Source of the DNA: Cycas panzhihuaensis
Taxonomy: Eukaryota > Plantae > Cycadophyta
NCBI GenBank assembly: GCA_023213395.1
Contig: CM041465.1
Location: 112,909,741-112,973,740, forward strand
Reading direction: 5' to 3'
DNA length: 64,000 bases
The notes under the pieces are model-generated. The model was not told the DNA's origin and made no database searches. It was given only the letters and a program-made list of their open reading frames with translations. This document shows, piece by piece, positions 14,101 through 26,637 of this stretch. A program made the position numbers and the translations under genes. The first letter of the stretch is position 1. The number at the start of each line of letters is the position of its first letter.

Positions 14101-15098
14101 CACGGACAATGGCTTATTCATTATCTTGGTATTGTATGTTGATGACATGTTGGTTGCAAGTAAGAGCATGGAAGAAATCAATAAGTTAAAGGCTCAATTG
14201 GCTAGGACTTTTGATATGAAGGATCTAGGAGCTACAAAAAAAATCTTAGGTATGGAGATATACAGAGATAGAAAAAATGGTAAGCTATGGTTATCATAAA
14301 AGAAATATATAAAGAAGGTGCTAACCAGGTTTGGTATGGGAAATGTGAAACTAGTGAGTATCCCATTGGCTTCCCATTTCAAGCTTTCTTCGAGTATGAG
14401 TCTTAGTAATGAAGAAGAAAGGATTATATGTCCTCTGTGCCTTATGCCATTATAATAGGAAGTTTAATGTATTCCATGGTATTTACAAGACCTAACATTT
14501 CATATATAGTCAGTGTAGTTAGAAGGTTTATAGAAAATACAGGAAAGGAACATTGGGCAGTAGTGAAATGGGTGCTTCAGTATTTGAGAGGCATAAGTGA
14601 CTATTGCATCACCTTTTGAGGTACAGTTAATCAGTCTATGGATATGTTGATTTAGACTTTGCAGGAGATTTAGATAAGAGAACATCTACTTTAGATTATA
14701 TATTCACTCTTGTAAATGGTCTAATTAGTTGGATGCTAAAATTACAGAGCACAATTACATTATCAACTACAGAAGTTGAATATGTTGCTATAGCACATGC
14801 TTGTAAAGAAGCAATCTGGTTATAGGGTCTATTGAATGGGCTTGGAAGGAAATAGGAAAAGGTAAAGGTATTTTGTGACAATCAAAGTGCCATTAACCTA
14901 ACCAAGAATCTAGCTTATCATAGTAGGATAAAGCATATTGCTCTTAAGTACCATTTTGTTAGATAGGTTATGGAAGGAGGTGGAGTGGCACTTGAGATGG
15001 TTAATACAAAACATAATTATGCTAATATGTTCACAAAACTAATACAATTAGAGAAGTTCAAATGGTGTTTGACTTCTCTTAGCTTGAAGAAAAGGTGA
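11177..15098 (+). pseudogene. Copia-C gag-pol
   Basis: KFKVEKFNGKNNF gag start; zinc knuckle YWHCNKTGHLKKDC; protease WLLDSDTLHH; integrase HSDV, RTDNGGEF; RT LVLYVDDML; RNase H CDNQSAI. Confidence 0.95.
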
Positions 15099-15146
15099 TG
15101 AAGGGTTTAGGAAATATACTAGGTAAATTGTTGTCAAGGCGGAGAT

Positions 15147-15792
15147 TATTGGGTAATATGACAATAATGGTTGAAGGCTAAAATTTTGACATGTTGGTAG
15201 CATAGGTTCCTCCCAAACCTTCCTCGAGAGGTTCTAAGGGGGATAGGAGCCCCCCTTGGCCAGGGGGGTGCGGGGGGCATGGATCGCCCCCTACAAAGAT
15301 GGGGTTCGAGGGCAATAGCCCCCAAACTAAAAATTTAGCACTGAAAGTATATTAAATTGTAAAGAGAATCAGGGTCATTTGCTAAAAAAATATCCTAGAT
15401 TCTATGATTGAGATTTATGCCTTGGATGACCCTCTCATATAGCCTAATTTAGGGTATTTTTTATTTATGTTGATGGAATTTAATGTACTGTGAGTGGGGT
15501 GATTGGTTGTTATTGCTGTGAGCATTCTACTATAGGATTATATATATATTCTGCATTCTACAATAATAAAGATTGATACCTTTCCTGTGTGGATGTTTCC
15601 CTAGCACACTGCTGGGGTTTTACCATGTTATATTAAGTGTACTTGTGATGCTTGGCTTTCTTGTTCATTTTATTATTTTATCTCTGCTTTAAGAACTTGC
15701 ACGTAATTTTTAGTTTTAATTTCTGTAACTAGTTGCAAGAATAGTTTAGATCTTACTGGTGCTTCAAGGGTTGGTACCTTATCTTCTCAATA
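15147..15792 (+). repeat. 3' LTR of Copia-C
   Basis: Direct repeat of 10460-11104 with termini decayed to TA...TA. Confidence 0.95.
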
Positions 15793-15949
15793 TAAGAGAG
15801 GTCTAGTACATATATGTCAACTATCATTTTTAAATAGAAGAGGGGTCATGACACAAAATCCTTAATTACATATAAGAGACCCCTAAAGCAAAATTTAAAA
15901 TAAAACATTAATATTCTAACATCCTCCTTTAATATTTTGTCTTTTATTT

Positions 15950-17225
15950 TCTATTCCCAATAGGTTCTTAAGATGCTAAAACCCATCTTTTGATAAGGGC
16001 TTTGTAGAGATGTACGTAACCTATTATTGACTACTATGGTATTATAGATCTATTTCTTTATTCTGAATCATTTTTGTGATAAAATGATGATGTACTTCTA
16101 TGTATTTTGTTCTTTCATAAAAAATAAAACTTGTTGTCAGTTTGATAACACTCTAATTATCTCAAAAAATTATGGTTACTTTTAGACAATCCTAATTTAA
16201 ATCTTTGAGGAGTTATCTTAACCATATAACTTTATATATTACACTAACTACAATGTTGTATTCTATTTCTGTTGATGAAAATACTACAATATATTATTTC
16301 TTATTGCTCCAAGATGTTGCAATTGACCCTATGTTTAAAATAATATCCTAATATAGGCTTTCTTTCTTGTCATTCACCTACTCAATCTAAATCACTATAT
16401 TAAATTAGTCTTAATTTATATTGCTTAGTATACTTTAATCCAAGGTCTAATGTACCTTTGATATATCTTAGGATTCTTTTAGTAGTATTTCAGTTAGTAA
16501 TATTAGAGACATACATAAATCTAGAAATAATTCCTTTAGAAAATGATATGTTTGGTCTAGTTGCTATTTAGTAAATGAGACTTTCAACCAACTATCTAAA
16601 AAATATCTTACTTACCTATTGACTGCCTTCATTAGGTATTAAAACACATCCTATTTACATAGGTGTGGCAGAGAGATTAGAATTTTTCATATTGAATCTT
16701 TTTAGAAGATTCTTGGTATACTTTTATTGTGAAATAAAAATAACATTTGTTACCTAATTAACTTTAATAGTAAGATAGTAATGAAGTGGACATATATCAG
16801 TCATTTCAAAATTATTTTCCATTTGTGTTCTTACCTATATGAATATTTTATGATCATTTCCAATAATAATTATATCATCTATATATACAACATTTATGGT
16901 GATCAAGTCTTCTTTTTATTTTTTAACACAAAGACTTAAATCAACCTCATACATGTTGAACCATTTTCTTATGAGATAATGATCTAAGTTTGCATACCAC
17001 TTAGGATGCTTGCTTCAAGCCATATAAAGCCTTTTCTAGTTTGTATACTAGATGTTCCTTAGATCTTTCTCTCCCTATTTTATATATCATAATGGTTACA
17101 CCAAGTAAACTTCCTCATCTAGATCACTATTTAAAAAGACACTTTTTACATCTACATGCATAATTTTCCATTTATATTGTGCTACCATAGTTATAATTAT
17201 TTGAATGGTTATCATTTTTACCACT
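15950..17225 (-). pseudogene. Host Copia-D piece 1: RT and RNase H
   Basis: VVKMITIQIIITMVAQYKWKI..DVKSVFLN; YIDDII near 16880; RTKYIEVHHHF near 16100. Confidence 0.9.
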
Positions 17226-19024
17226 TGGAATCATGCCTCTTGGGGGTCATTAAGATCTCAATACTCTTATTGATCATAAGGATCAGTAAGTAGAAGAGGG
17301 TTAAGAGTATGAGAGATAGTGAAGCTATCCTCAAAGGGCATCCACGCATCGAAACACAAGTTCAAAGACCTACAACTATATATTACCCTTCCTCTTTTCT
17401 TCAAGTAACTTTCTCAAAGAAAATGGGAGGAAGAAGGTGCCCTCAAGTTACCAAGTAGCCTTAATAAAGCTCTCCTACCCTTAGGGTTAGTGAAGAGGCA
17501 AGGAGGTTTCCTTTCAAGAAGGGAAATGAGAAGAAGTAGCTCCCTTAAGAAGACGAGTCATAACAACTAAAACAAGTGGCTTTAAATAGTTTAGGTAGTT
17601 GTTTGAAAGGGTTATCCCTACAAGCTAGGGTTTTGAGCATAAAGAAGAAAAGGAGGGGATGTTGTTGTGAACAACTCCCCTTGATTAAGTTTTTTTTTTT
17701 TTTCTCTAAAGTAATAGTGACGTTGGGATGGTTTGTGAATTACCCAAGAGGTTACTCTTGGGAGTTAGGGTCTTAGGTACCAAGAAAAGCAAAGGAGGAT
17801 GTTGTTGCAATAAACCTCTCTTAATTATCTTTTATATTTGTTTGTTCCTATGAAATAAAAAACACGTTTAAATGTTCTACTTTTGTATTTATGCAAACAA
17901 CTGATGCCCTCCTATGCTTGGTGGGAAAAGAGGGGTATAAAACTCTTCCCTTCAAAAAGAGGAGCGGGAGAAAAGGAAGCACTCCTTTCAAAAGAGGAGG
18001 TGGAAATGATGTGAAGAGACTAAGGGATGATAATCTAGGATAGTTTATTTATGGCCTAGAGGGTTACCTCTAAAGGTTGGTGTTTCAATGTAGAAATTAC
18101 AAATGGAGAGAATGTTGCAACTATCTAGTTGTAACTAGGTTATAAATTCTTCTTGAGTTGTAAGAAGAACCAAGATGTTTCTTAAGTTTATAGTTCTTTC
18201 TTTCATTAAGATGAGGTCTAGTTTTATGCAGTAATAATCATTGTAAAATATATAAAACCAAAAACAACATATAAATAATCATACAACTTTTTGTTCTCAC
18301 TTTTCCTCACTATCTTTCCTAGAGGTAGGGGTTGGGATGTGATAAAGAACTTATGAGAGAATGTTGCCACAATCTCTATCTAACTAATTTCTTTCCCTTT
18401 TTGTTCAAAAGCAATAAGTGGAAACAAAAATAGAATTTATGTTTCCTATCCATGTATGAAGGTAACTTATAACATTTTATGAGTTTTCTTTTATGTACAA
18501 TATGCAGAGCTCTGGGGAGGGCATGCACATCTTTCCTTTAATGCAAGGGGAAGGAGAAGTATAGTTTGCCTATGTTATGTTCTTTTCTATTTACAATGCA
18601 TATGCATAAAACAAAGAAACCAATATGATTTATGCTTACAACATTCCCATTAGGGAAGAAAGAGGGGAAAAAACAAGAAGATGAGAGGTTTGGAGGAGTG
18701 CACCCAGTTTTATGACATTTGATGATGTAGAACGATCCTCCTTTTTGTGCCCCCTTGCTAATGCCTTCACTCCCTTGGATTATTACAAATGCCATTAGAG
18801 ATGGAGAGGGAGGCTCCTCTACCTTCCCTCGAACTCTAAATACTACTTACTTACCTTTGTTAATGATGCAATAGCAAAAGAAAAGGAAGTAAATGAAGTA
18901 GAAACAAGCTTTTAAATGATATGCTTTACTATAAAACAATGTTACCTCTTTATGGAGTGCCACCTTACTTGTAAGGGTGAGTCCTTTACTTGCACAATAA
19001 GAAGAACAATCCCTCTACAAGCAA

Positions 19025-19255
<231 letters not shown>

Positions 19256-20303
19256 TCTTTTCAAACAAGATGTTGTTAAAATATTTAAGTTCTAATTTAC
19301 AATAAAATGAATTCAAGTCTTACTTCTTAACTCAAAATCTTTCCATGTAATGTTAGGAAGAAAATGGGGAAGAAGGAGAAGGGGGTTTTCCTTAGAATGG
19401 TAAGCTCCTCTACAAGATTTGGTTACTCCCAAGTGGACAAAAGGCACCTCACAATTGGATAGTGGTTTTGGGTGAGAATCTAAGTGTAGGATGAAGGAGG
19501 AAAAGAAATGTTGCTCATTTTATTACCAAATGGCACACTAGCTGAGGTGATAGATGGTAGGATCCTTGGAGGCCTCAAGGGTGGGATTACCCTAGTTAAG
19601 GGAGATTTTTGTAGTTAGAACTCAAGCTTAAGACCCTTCTTATGATTTCCTATAGCTAGCCAAGTCCACTTACCATAAGCTAGTGGTTTGGCAAGTGAGA
19701 CAAGAGGTTTTGTGATGGATGGAGGTGTTGCCTCCAAAGTTTATGCTAGGAAAACTTCTAAACAAGTATATAAATGATTCCTAAACCTTGAAATCACTAA
19801 AGTATATAATAAATAATAGGAGAGATCAAGTGAAACATAAGCATTTAGCAATGAAATCAAAGGAAAATAGATTTACCCATTAGTTGAAGCGAATGTTGAG
19901 AAAAGTTATAGGTTTTCTATGGAAACAAATCCCTTTTGGGAGAGAAATATGTGTTTTGAGGAGGGAAATGAGAGCCTTCTTGGTTGTCTTGATGACTGGA
20001 AGGTGTCTCCTTGCCCTTGTAGAGTTAATTTCCTCCTCCTTTCCTTGCTCAAGGTCTATTTCCTGCATAAACTATGTTCCTCACAAAGGGAATGAGTGAA
20101 TTCTAGAGAGAATGATGACAAGAGAGTTTGAGAGATGTTGAATGATCCCTAAAATGGGATTCAAAATCTGTTTTTGCCATTCCTATGGTATCTTAGCCCC
20201 GTTGGGCCCTAGTCTAGGTAAATCCCAAGGTCAAATCCCATGTGAGAGGGGTAATTAATGCCAAAACTAGTTGTTTTTGGCCGTGAGTAATGGTGCAATA
20301 ATT

Positions 20304-20363
20304 ACACCACAAATATATTAGCAGCACCACGAATATGTCCATGGTGCCATGAATATATTCACA
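20304..20363. promoter_or_regulatory. Three phased 20-bp near-palindromic units in the LTR U3; regulatory role inferred
   Basis: ACACCACAAATATATTAGCA / GCACCACGAATATGTCCATG / GTGCCATGAATATATTCACA. Confidence 0.6.
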
Positions 20364-21646
20364 TGGCATAACTATTAAGGTGAGGTAGACAGAAAATGTA
20401 GTGGGGCTACAACAGGGGCTTAGAAATATTAATAAAAAACATTGTAAACTTTAATTAAAGGGAAGAAAAAAGAAGGAAATGGATATCAAAGCTTTGTAAT
20501 TCCTTGCTAGATGACAAACCCATCAATTCAAAGCTAGTTATGGACCTATCAAACAATGGAAGCACTCATGAAACTAAGTGAAACAAGATAAAATCTCAGG
20601 GAAATGATGCTAAATGATAAAAACTAGTAAAAATGAATGAATAAACCTTGTATGGGACAAGAAAGGAGGCACATCTCCCCATGGGGGACCTTAGTAACTC
20701 TCCTTGGTAGACCAAGGAATAAATGAGGCATGATAGAAGGGGAAGATGCAACCTAAAGGCATGAAACAAGTTGAAGTTCATGTAAATTGAGATATAGAAG
20801 CCTGTGAGTACCTATAACCAAGAGAGAAATCACTGTGGGAGTTATATATTACCATTAGACTAGAGTCCTAGTCATCATAGGCGAAGATCATACATACAAG
20901 TAAGGGATCAAGTAAGCACCTCAAGTAGCCAAATAATCATACAATCATTATGTATCTCTAGAATTAAAAAAATGTGACAAAGTGAAAGGAAAAGAATACA
21001 TACCTAATCTTACTTATGTGGTATTATCCCAATCCATTCTTGGAAGCTAGGAAACACTACCCCCTTGGTAGGAGAACCTCGTTACTCAAAATTATTAGAT
21101 GATGGTGAATGATGTTAACATAAACTTGCTAATAGAAGCATGTATAAAGCTAGTGTGTTAATGACCAAGATGAGTGACAGGTATCGCAACATATGGCATG
21201 GATGGGAGACGTGTGTTTGAGTGAGGAAAGAGAGGTATGGCTTGATCAAACCTTTAGGTACAAAGGCTTAGGCCTAAGACACAGATGAAATGAAGGCGAA
21301 GTGACCTAGGGGGATGCCCATGGTGATGCCTAAGCAGGTAACATGACCCTGAGGAGTGAGGTAAGATCAGAATTCTAGAGAGAAACCAAAGGAATGAAAT
21401 GGGAAAAAAAGATGAGGGGATGCCTCACCACTCTAATATATAATAAAAATTAAGTTAAAAATATAATAAAATCTAGATCATAGATGATATAGAAATCAAA
21501 TTAGAAGATAGGGTCTAGGTCATTATAGTTTATCCTCATCAATCACCCTTTTTCAGAGGTTAAGGAATGGTAATAAGAGGAAAGTGGTTGTTAAAAGGTG
21601 TCTAAGAGGGCTCAACCTATTGGGTTACCAAGGGGTCATCTAAGAG

Positions 21647-21760
21647 TTAGAGGCAATGCTCAAGAATGAGGTGAACTAGGTCATTTACTTTGGTATTCTG
21701 ATCACAAGGGATATGCCAGATATCTACCAAAGGAAACAAAGACAAGAGAGACCTAGCAGT
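21647..21760 (-). pseudogene. C-terminal remnant of archaeal-type RNase H (aRH)
   Basis: TARSLLSLFPLVDIWHIPCDQNTKVNDLVHLILEHCL* matches TTGLLLSSFPMVDIWHISHHQNAEADSLVCLIIECH at 63890-64000. Confidence 0.85.
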
Positions 21761-24700
21761 CAAAGAAAAGGAACACCAACATAGGAGTAGATATAAGAGC
21801 TCTTTTGAGCTACTGGAATGCCTCCTAGGCCTTAGGAGACCATATGGAATGGGGCTTCCTTCTTTAACAAATTAGTTAAGGGTTTGGTATTTATAACGAA
21901 CCTACCAAGAATTGCCTCAAGAAACTTGATCTCCCTAAGAACAACTTGATTTGTCATTGTATCATTGAGGGAGGCATATCGATGATGGATTTAACTTTAT
22001 CTGGATCAATTTAGATACCTTGTTTGGAGACAAGGGAACCTTAAAGTTTACTAGCTATCACTACAAAGATGTGTTTAAGAATGTTTAAGCTGACATGGTA
22101 TTTACGGTACCTTATGAAAATGGCACAAAGGTCCATGGGATAGGTGGCTCTCTTGTGAGAGAGGCCTATCATATCATCCATAAAGACTTCAAGGGTCTCA
22201 TTTATGAGATCATGAAAAATAAACTACATTACCCTTTGGTAAGTGGAACCTATATTTCTAAACTAAATGGCATGGCCTTATAGGTGAATGTCCCCCATAG
22301 CATAATGAAAGGCATTTTGTGATAGTCTTTAAGAGATATCTGGATTTGGTTATACCTAGAAAAGCCATCCATTAAATACATAACTTCAAAACCTATCGTT
22401 CAATTAATAATTTAATTTAATTAATGAATAGTAAGGGGATGTTGTCCATGGGACAAGTGTTGTTAATGTCTCAAAAGTCTCTGAAAATCCTAATCATCCC
22501 ATTCTTCTTAGCAATAGGCATGATGTTGGAGACCCACTTGGGGTAATCAATGGAGGTGATGAGTCTTATGTCTAGGATCTTTTTGACTTCCATCTTAACA
22601 GGTGCTAAAAGTTTGGTATGTAATGGACACTACTTTTGATGCATAGGATGAGTACCTAAGATGGTAGTTAGGTTGCGAGTAATGATTTAGGGATTTATCC
22701 CCTTCATATTAAAGTAATCCCATGTGAATATGTCACAAAATTCTCTAAACAAAAGGGTATACTCATCCATGTCTTATGGATGACATTCTATCCTAAACTT
22801 GATGATCTTATCAGGGGTAAGGATGATGTCCTTGGTCACCCTAGCATACAGGTGTTCCCTTCCATAAAGTGAAGGGGAGCCTAGTCGATCTAGAAGAGAG
22901 GGATAGTGTCTAGTTGGTTTGGGTTGGTGAGAGGTGACCCTAAAGCTAGGTACTTCTGGAATTTAAGTCTCTAGTGATCACAAGGTAGGTTGGGTACAGA
23001 ACCTACTAAATACTTTAATGAAGCCTCATTATTATTGAAGTAATCTATCCCATGGATAGTCTTGCTTAATAGAAATATGGGATGAGGAGATGAAGGGGTG
23101 ACAGGTCCATAACAATCAACCCACCACTCTACATAGTCAGGAAACTCCTTAGAGGAGTTAGAGGGTATCCTCTTATACTGCTGCACCCTAGCTCTTGGAG
23201 GTAGAGACTAGCTAGGATTAGAATCATAAATTATGGACTCATCATACAAAAATATAGACTCATTGTCCTTACCATCTATGGAGGATGGCAAGGATTGGGG
23301 AGTAAGAAGTGGCTAGATAGGCTAGGAGCCCATGCACATAATGAGATCAAAGGTGTGTGGTCCTCTAGACTAGGCAAGGAGGGAAAATTCCCTCCACAAG
23401 GCCCTAGGTTATAATGTAGGGCTTTGAGAAGGATAAATAGGGTGCTCCCTTCGCACATTAAGGAGGGATATGGCATGGGGAAGGTCTTCATACTCGTTGT
23501 GAGACTTGTACTCACTCATAATGGTAAGATAGCCATAACTCCCAACATTAATGGGGGCAAAATAAATAAGGTTAAAAGAGAGAGGAGGTATTCCTTCCAT
23601 TACCTAGGTGCCATGGGAACTAGTAGGTTACACAGTCGATAGAGCAGGTGGATCCTCAACCTTATGGATTAATCTAAAGATCGCCTAGCAAGGCTGATTA
23701 GCTAACTGAGTAGGAGGCAACTCTTGAAGGAAAACTTTTATTTTCCCTTCATGGGTAGATTTGAGTTGCCTCCATCATGATGAGTAGACAGCTCCCATTT
23801 GGCCAAGCCAAGGGTGCCTCAATAAGAGGTTACAGTCCACATCTATATTAAGGACTACATTACTTATTAGAATAGTCTTGTCCTCTCAGGTAAGGGGGGT
23901 TGACACTATTCCCAAGGGCACATTTTCATTACTGGCATAGCCTTGATACCTCTACAGGACTAGTTCAAGGGCCCCTAACCTTAGCTCCTCCACGATGCAA
24001 GCAGGCATGGCATTAGCCAAAAAACCATTGTCAATAACAATCCTCTTCAAGGCATAATCAAGGATATCTATAGTTATGGTGAAAGGGTAATACTATTAGT
24101 GTTCCCTTTCATTAGCAGGAGGGAGATCTTTGAGGTCAAAAGCAATAAGGGGTATCCCATCTAAGGTGGTGCCCACTAAATGGATTAGGGCATCACTATG
24201 ACCCAAGGGCTCTAAGAAGAGGGTGTGCTACTTAAGGAAACTATGCAAGACATCCATCATGGACATTCTTGTGGCTATAGTATGAAGTTCATCAATGATC
24301 AAGAAGGGCTTCCCCTTCTTAGTAGGTTGGTGAAGCACTCTTTGGAAATTGTAATGTTTAGGATAGATGGGAATAGTCTTCAAGATCACAGGGATCTCCA
24401 TAGGTAGATTGTCTATGGAAGGGTTTTGCTAAGTGGTGGAGGCTTCAACAACCTCCCTGACCACTTGAGACATTGTAATTGGGTATAAGGGGGTAGTCTC
24501 AAGTATTTGAATGATTCATTTCCCCTTATTTTAGGATTGAGATGAAGAGGATGGATGAGAATGAAGGCTCATGGATGATGAAAATTCTCTTGCCCCCCTC
24601 CCCTTTGCTTGATCAGGAGGTGGATTAGGGGATCATCCCTTATTACCTACCCTTCTATTTTGGGAAGACTAATTGCATTCCTCACGATCAGGGAAGGGAT

Positions 24701-25418
24701 CTCTATGGACAAGCTAATCAAAATTAGATTTAGAACCCCATTTGGGAGAGGAATCACATTGCGGGGCAAGGTTAGGATGTTGTTTCTAGCATTATGAATC
24801 CTCATGAAGGCATTCTCCATTAATAGAACACCATTTCTTCTTAAAAGGAGGTTATACCTTCTTCCCTTGAGAAGATTAGGTGTTCCCACTTTTAGGCGAC
24901 ATAGTTTGAGATGTATGGTGGATTGATCTATGAGCATCTAAAGAAGGTTAAGATGGTTGGAGCTTTAGCTCCTTATCATATATTCAAATAAACACATAGC
25001 TAAAGTGAAAGGGTATAAGGTCCTATTAGTCATATTGGTAGGAGGCCTTGGAGGCTATTGGGGTCTTTGGTCGCATGACGGAGGGGGTGCCTTATGCCTT
25101 TGTGACAACTTAAGAGGCTTCTAGAGACTCATTTGGATCTCAATGGCCTTAAGAGCCAAGCACTTTGCTATGGCAGAATCACATATCATTGCCACCATCT
25201 TGAGGACTTCAACATAGACTTTAGGTCAAAGGGTACTCACAAAGATATCCCTCTTTAAATCTTTAGGCAACATCACCTTCATAGAGTGAATAAGGTCATG
25301 GAAGTGCTTGACGAATTCACAATTTAGTTTGTCATGACCTTGTTTGAGAGAGAGCAGAGCTTTGACCCCACTCTTAAAATGAAAAGCTATGTTAAAATAA
25401 TTGGTGAGCTTGTTAATA
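21761..25418 (-). pseudogene. Tat-1 partial gag, protease and RT
   Basis: Protease IVIDNGFLANA near 24030; RT MDGFSRYNQI near 22350 and YKAMPF near 22280; gag ORF 25226-25492 matches ORF 55302-55532. Confidence 0.9.
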
Positions 25419-26346
25419 CCTGATGTCTTTGATATCTTATTTTTCATTCTAAAGCATGTCCTTTTGGCTCTTCCATAGTCTTTAAGTAACATTTGGGTAG
25501 TCTTTTTTTATGCTGTATAATTTCTTCTAAAGAATCATTTTCTTCACCTTCTATTCAAGCTTCCTATCACTCTCTTTTAGATTTTTCATGAGATGTAGTT
25601 TCTTCTTGAGTTATAACTTATTTGTTAGGAGACTCCATATTTTCTTCTTAAATTATTTTACCTTTTTAGGTATATACATGATCATTTTTTATTAGAGTAG
25701 CTTCATCAATATGACATCTCTAGTAACATAGATTTTATTAAAGTTTAGATTTATATAGAGATAGACTTTAGGTTTGCTACTATATCTAATCATGATGTAT
25801 TTAATACTTTTGTCATCTAACTTAGCCCTTTTTAAATTAGGAATGTGCACATAAGCAATGCTTTTAAAATTTCTTAAATAACTTATATCAGGTTTTCTAC
25901 TTGACCATACTTCTTCTGGAGTAACTTTATCAAGTGATCTTATGGGAGTTATGTTTATAAGATATATAATTATATTAATAGTTTTGGCCCAATATATATT
26001 AGAAATATCCTTCTCCTTTATCATACATATAGTAATTTCTATTATAACTCTATTTAATCTTTTATCCACCCTATTAGATTATGGAGTATAAGAAGTAGTA
26101 AGTTGTGTATAAATTCTAAGTGTTTTGAAAAAAATAAAAAAATCATTTGAAATAAATTCTTATCCTCCATCTATTCTAAGGACTTTAATTTTGTACCCAC
26201 TTTATAATTCAACTTGAGCTTTAAATTATTTTAAAAAATCAAATATTTCTAACTTACTAAAGATAAAGATACCTAGGTTTTCTATTGAAACCATTTATAA
26301 ATACGAGAAAATACCTAACACCATTAATAAAGTTTGTTGTAATTAG
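25419..26346 (-). pseudogene. Host Copia-D piece 2: integrase core and C-terminus
   Basis: ORF 25692-26069 YWAKTINIIIYLIN..TPEEVWSSRKPDISYLRNF..RAKLDDKSIKYI. Confidence 0.9.
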
Positions 26347-26637
26347 TATTAAAGATAATGCTCATTTATTATATTAAAGAGTGTGCATGACACTTTAGAA
26401 TACCACAGGACCACCAACAACTGACATCAACTGATAGGTATGTATTTTTTACATTTATTTTTAAATGGCATTTCTTAATACTAGTGTGAGTCGATGGTAG
26501 GCTTGCCCAATGTCTCCACTACAAATATAGGGTCCTATGACCCAACAATATTTTTTAACACCACATTTTATTTGTAAATCTTATTATGTTTATCAATATG
26601 GGCTTATAATTTATTTTTCTCTACCCTCGAGCCTTCA
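26347..26637 (+). repeat. 5' LTR of Copia-E
   Basis: Direct repeat of 32231-32521; followed by the PBS. Confidence 0.93.

Larger units (their letters stand above)
10460..15792 (+). mobile_element. Full-length Ty1/Copia element (Copia-C, Tnt1/Tork-like)
   Basis: LTRs 10460-11104 and 15147-15792; TSD TAAGA on both sides; PBS TGGTATTAAAGCC at 11107-11119; PPT AAGGCGGAGA before 15147. Confidence 0.95.
9953..15921 (-). repeat. Probable 3' LTR of host Copia-D, split by Copia-C (pieces 9953-10459 and 15793-15921)
   Basis: TGTTAGA at 9953 and TCTAACA ending at 15921 form inverted termini; PPT (rc TAAAGGAGGA) at 15922-15931; partner LTR is not in the window, so the left end is tentative. Confidence 0.5.

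Noticed and set aside
20395-20411. GGGGCTACA as an LTR terminus (and TGTAGCCCC near 61179)
   Set aside because: No PBS, PPT or TSD; three-way LTR homology continues to 21056
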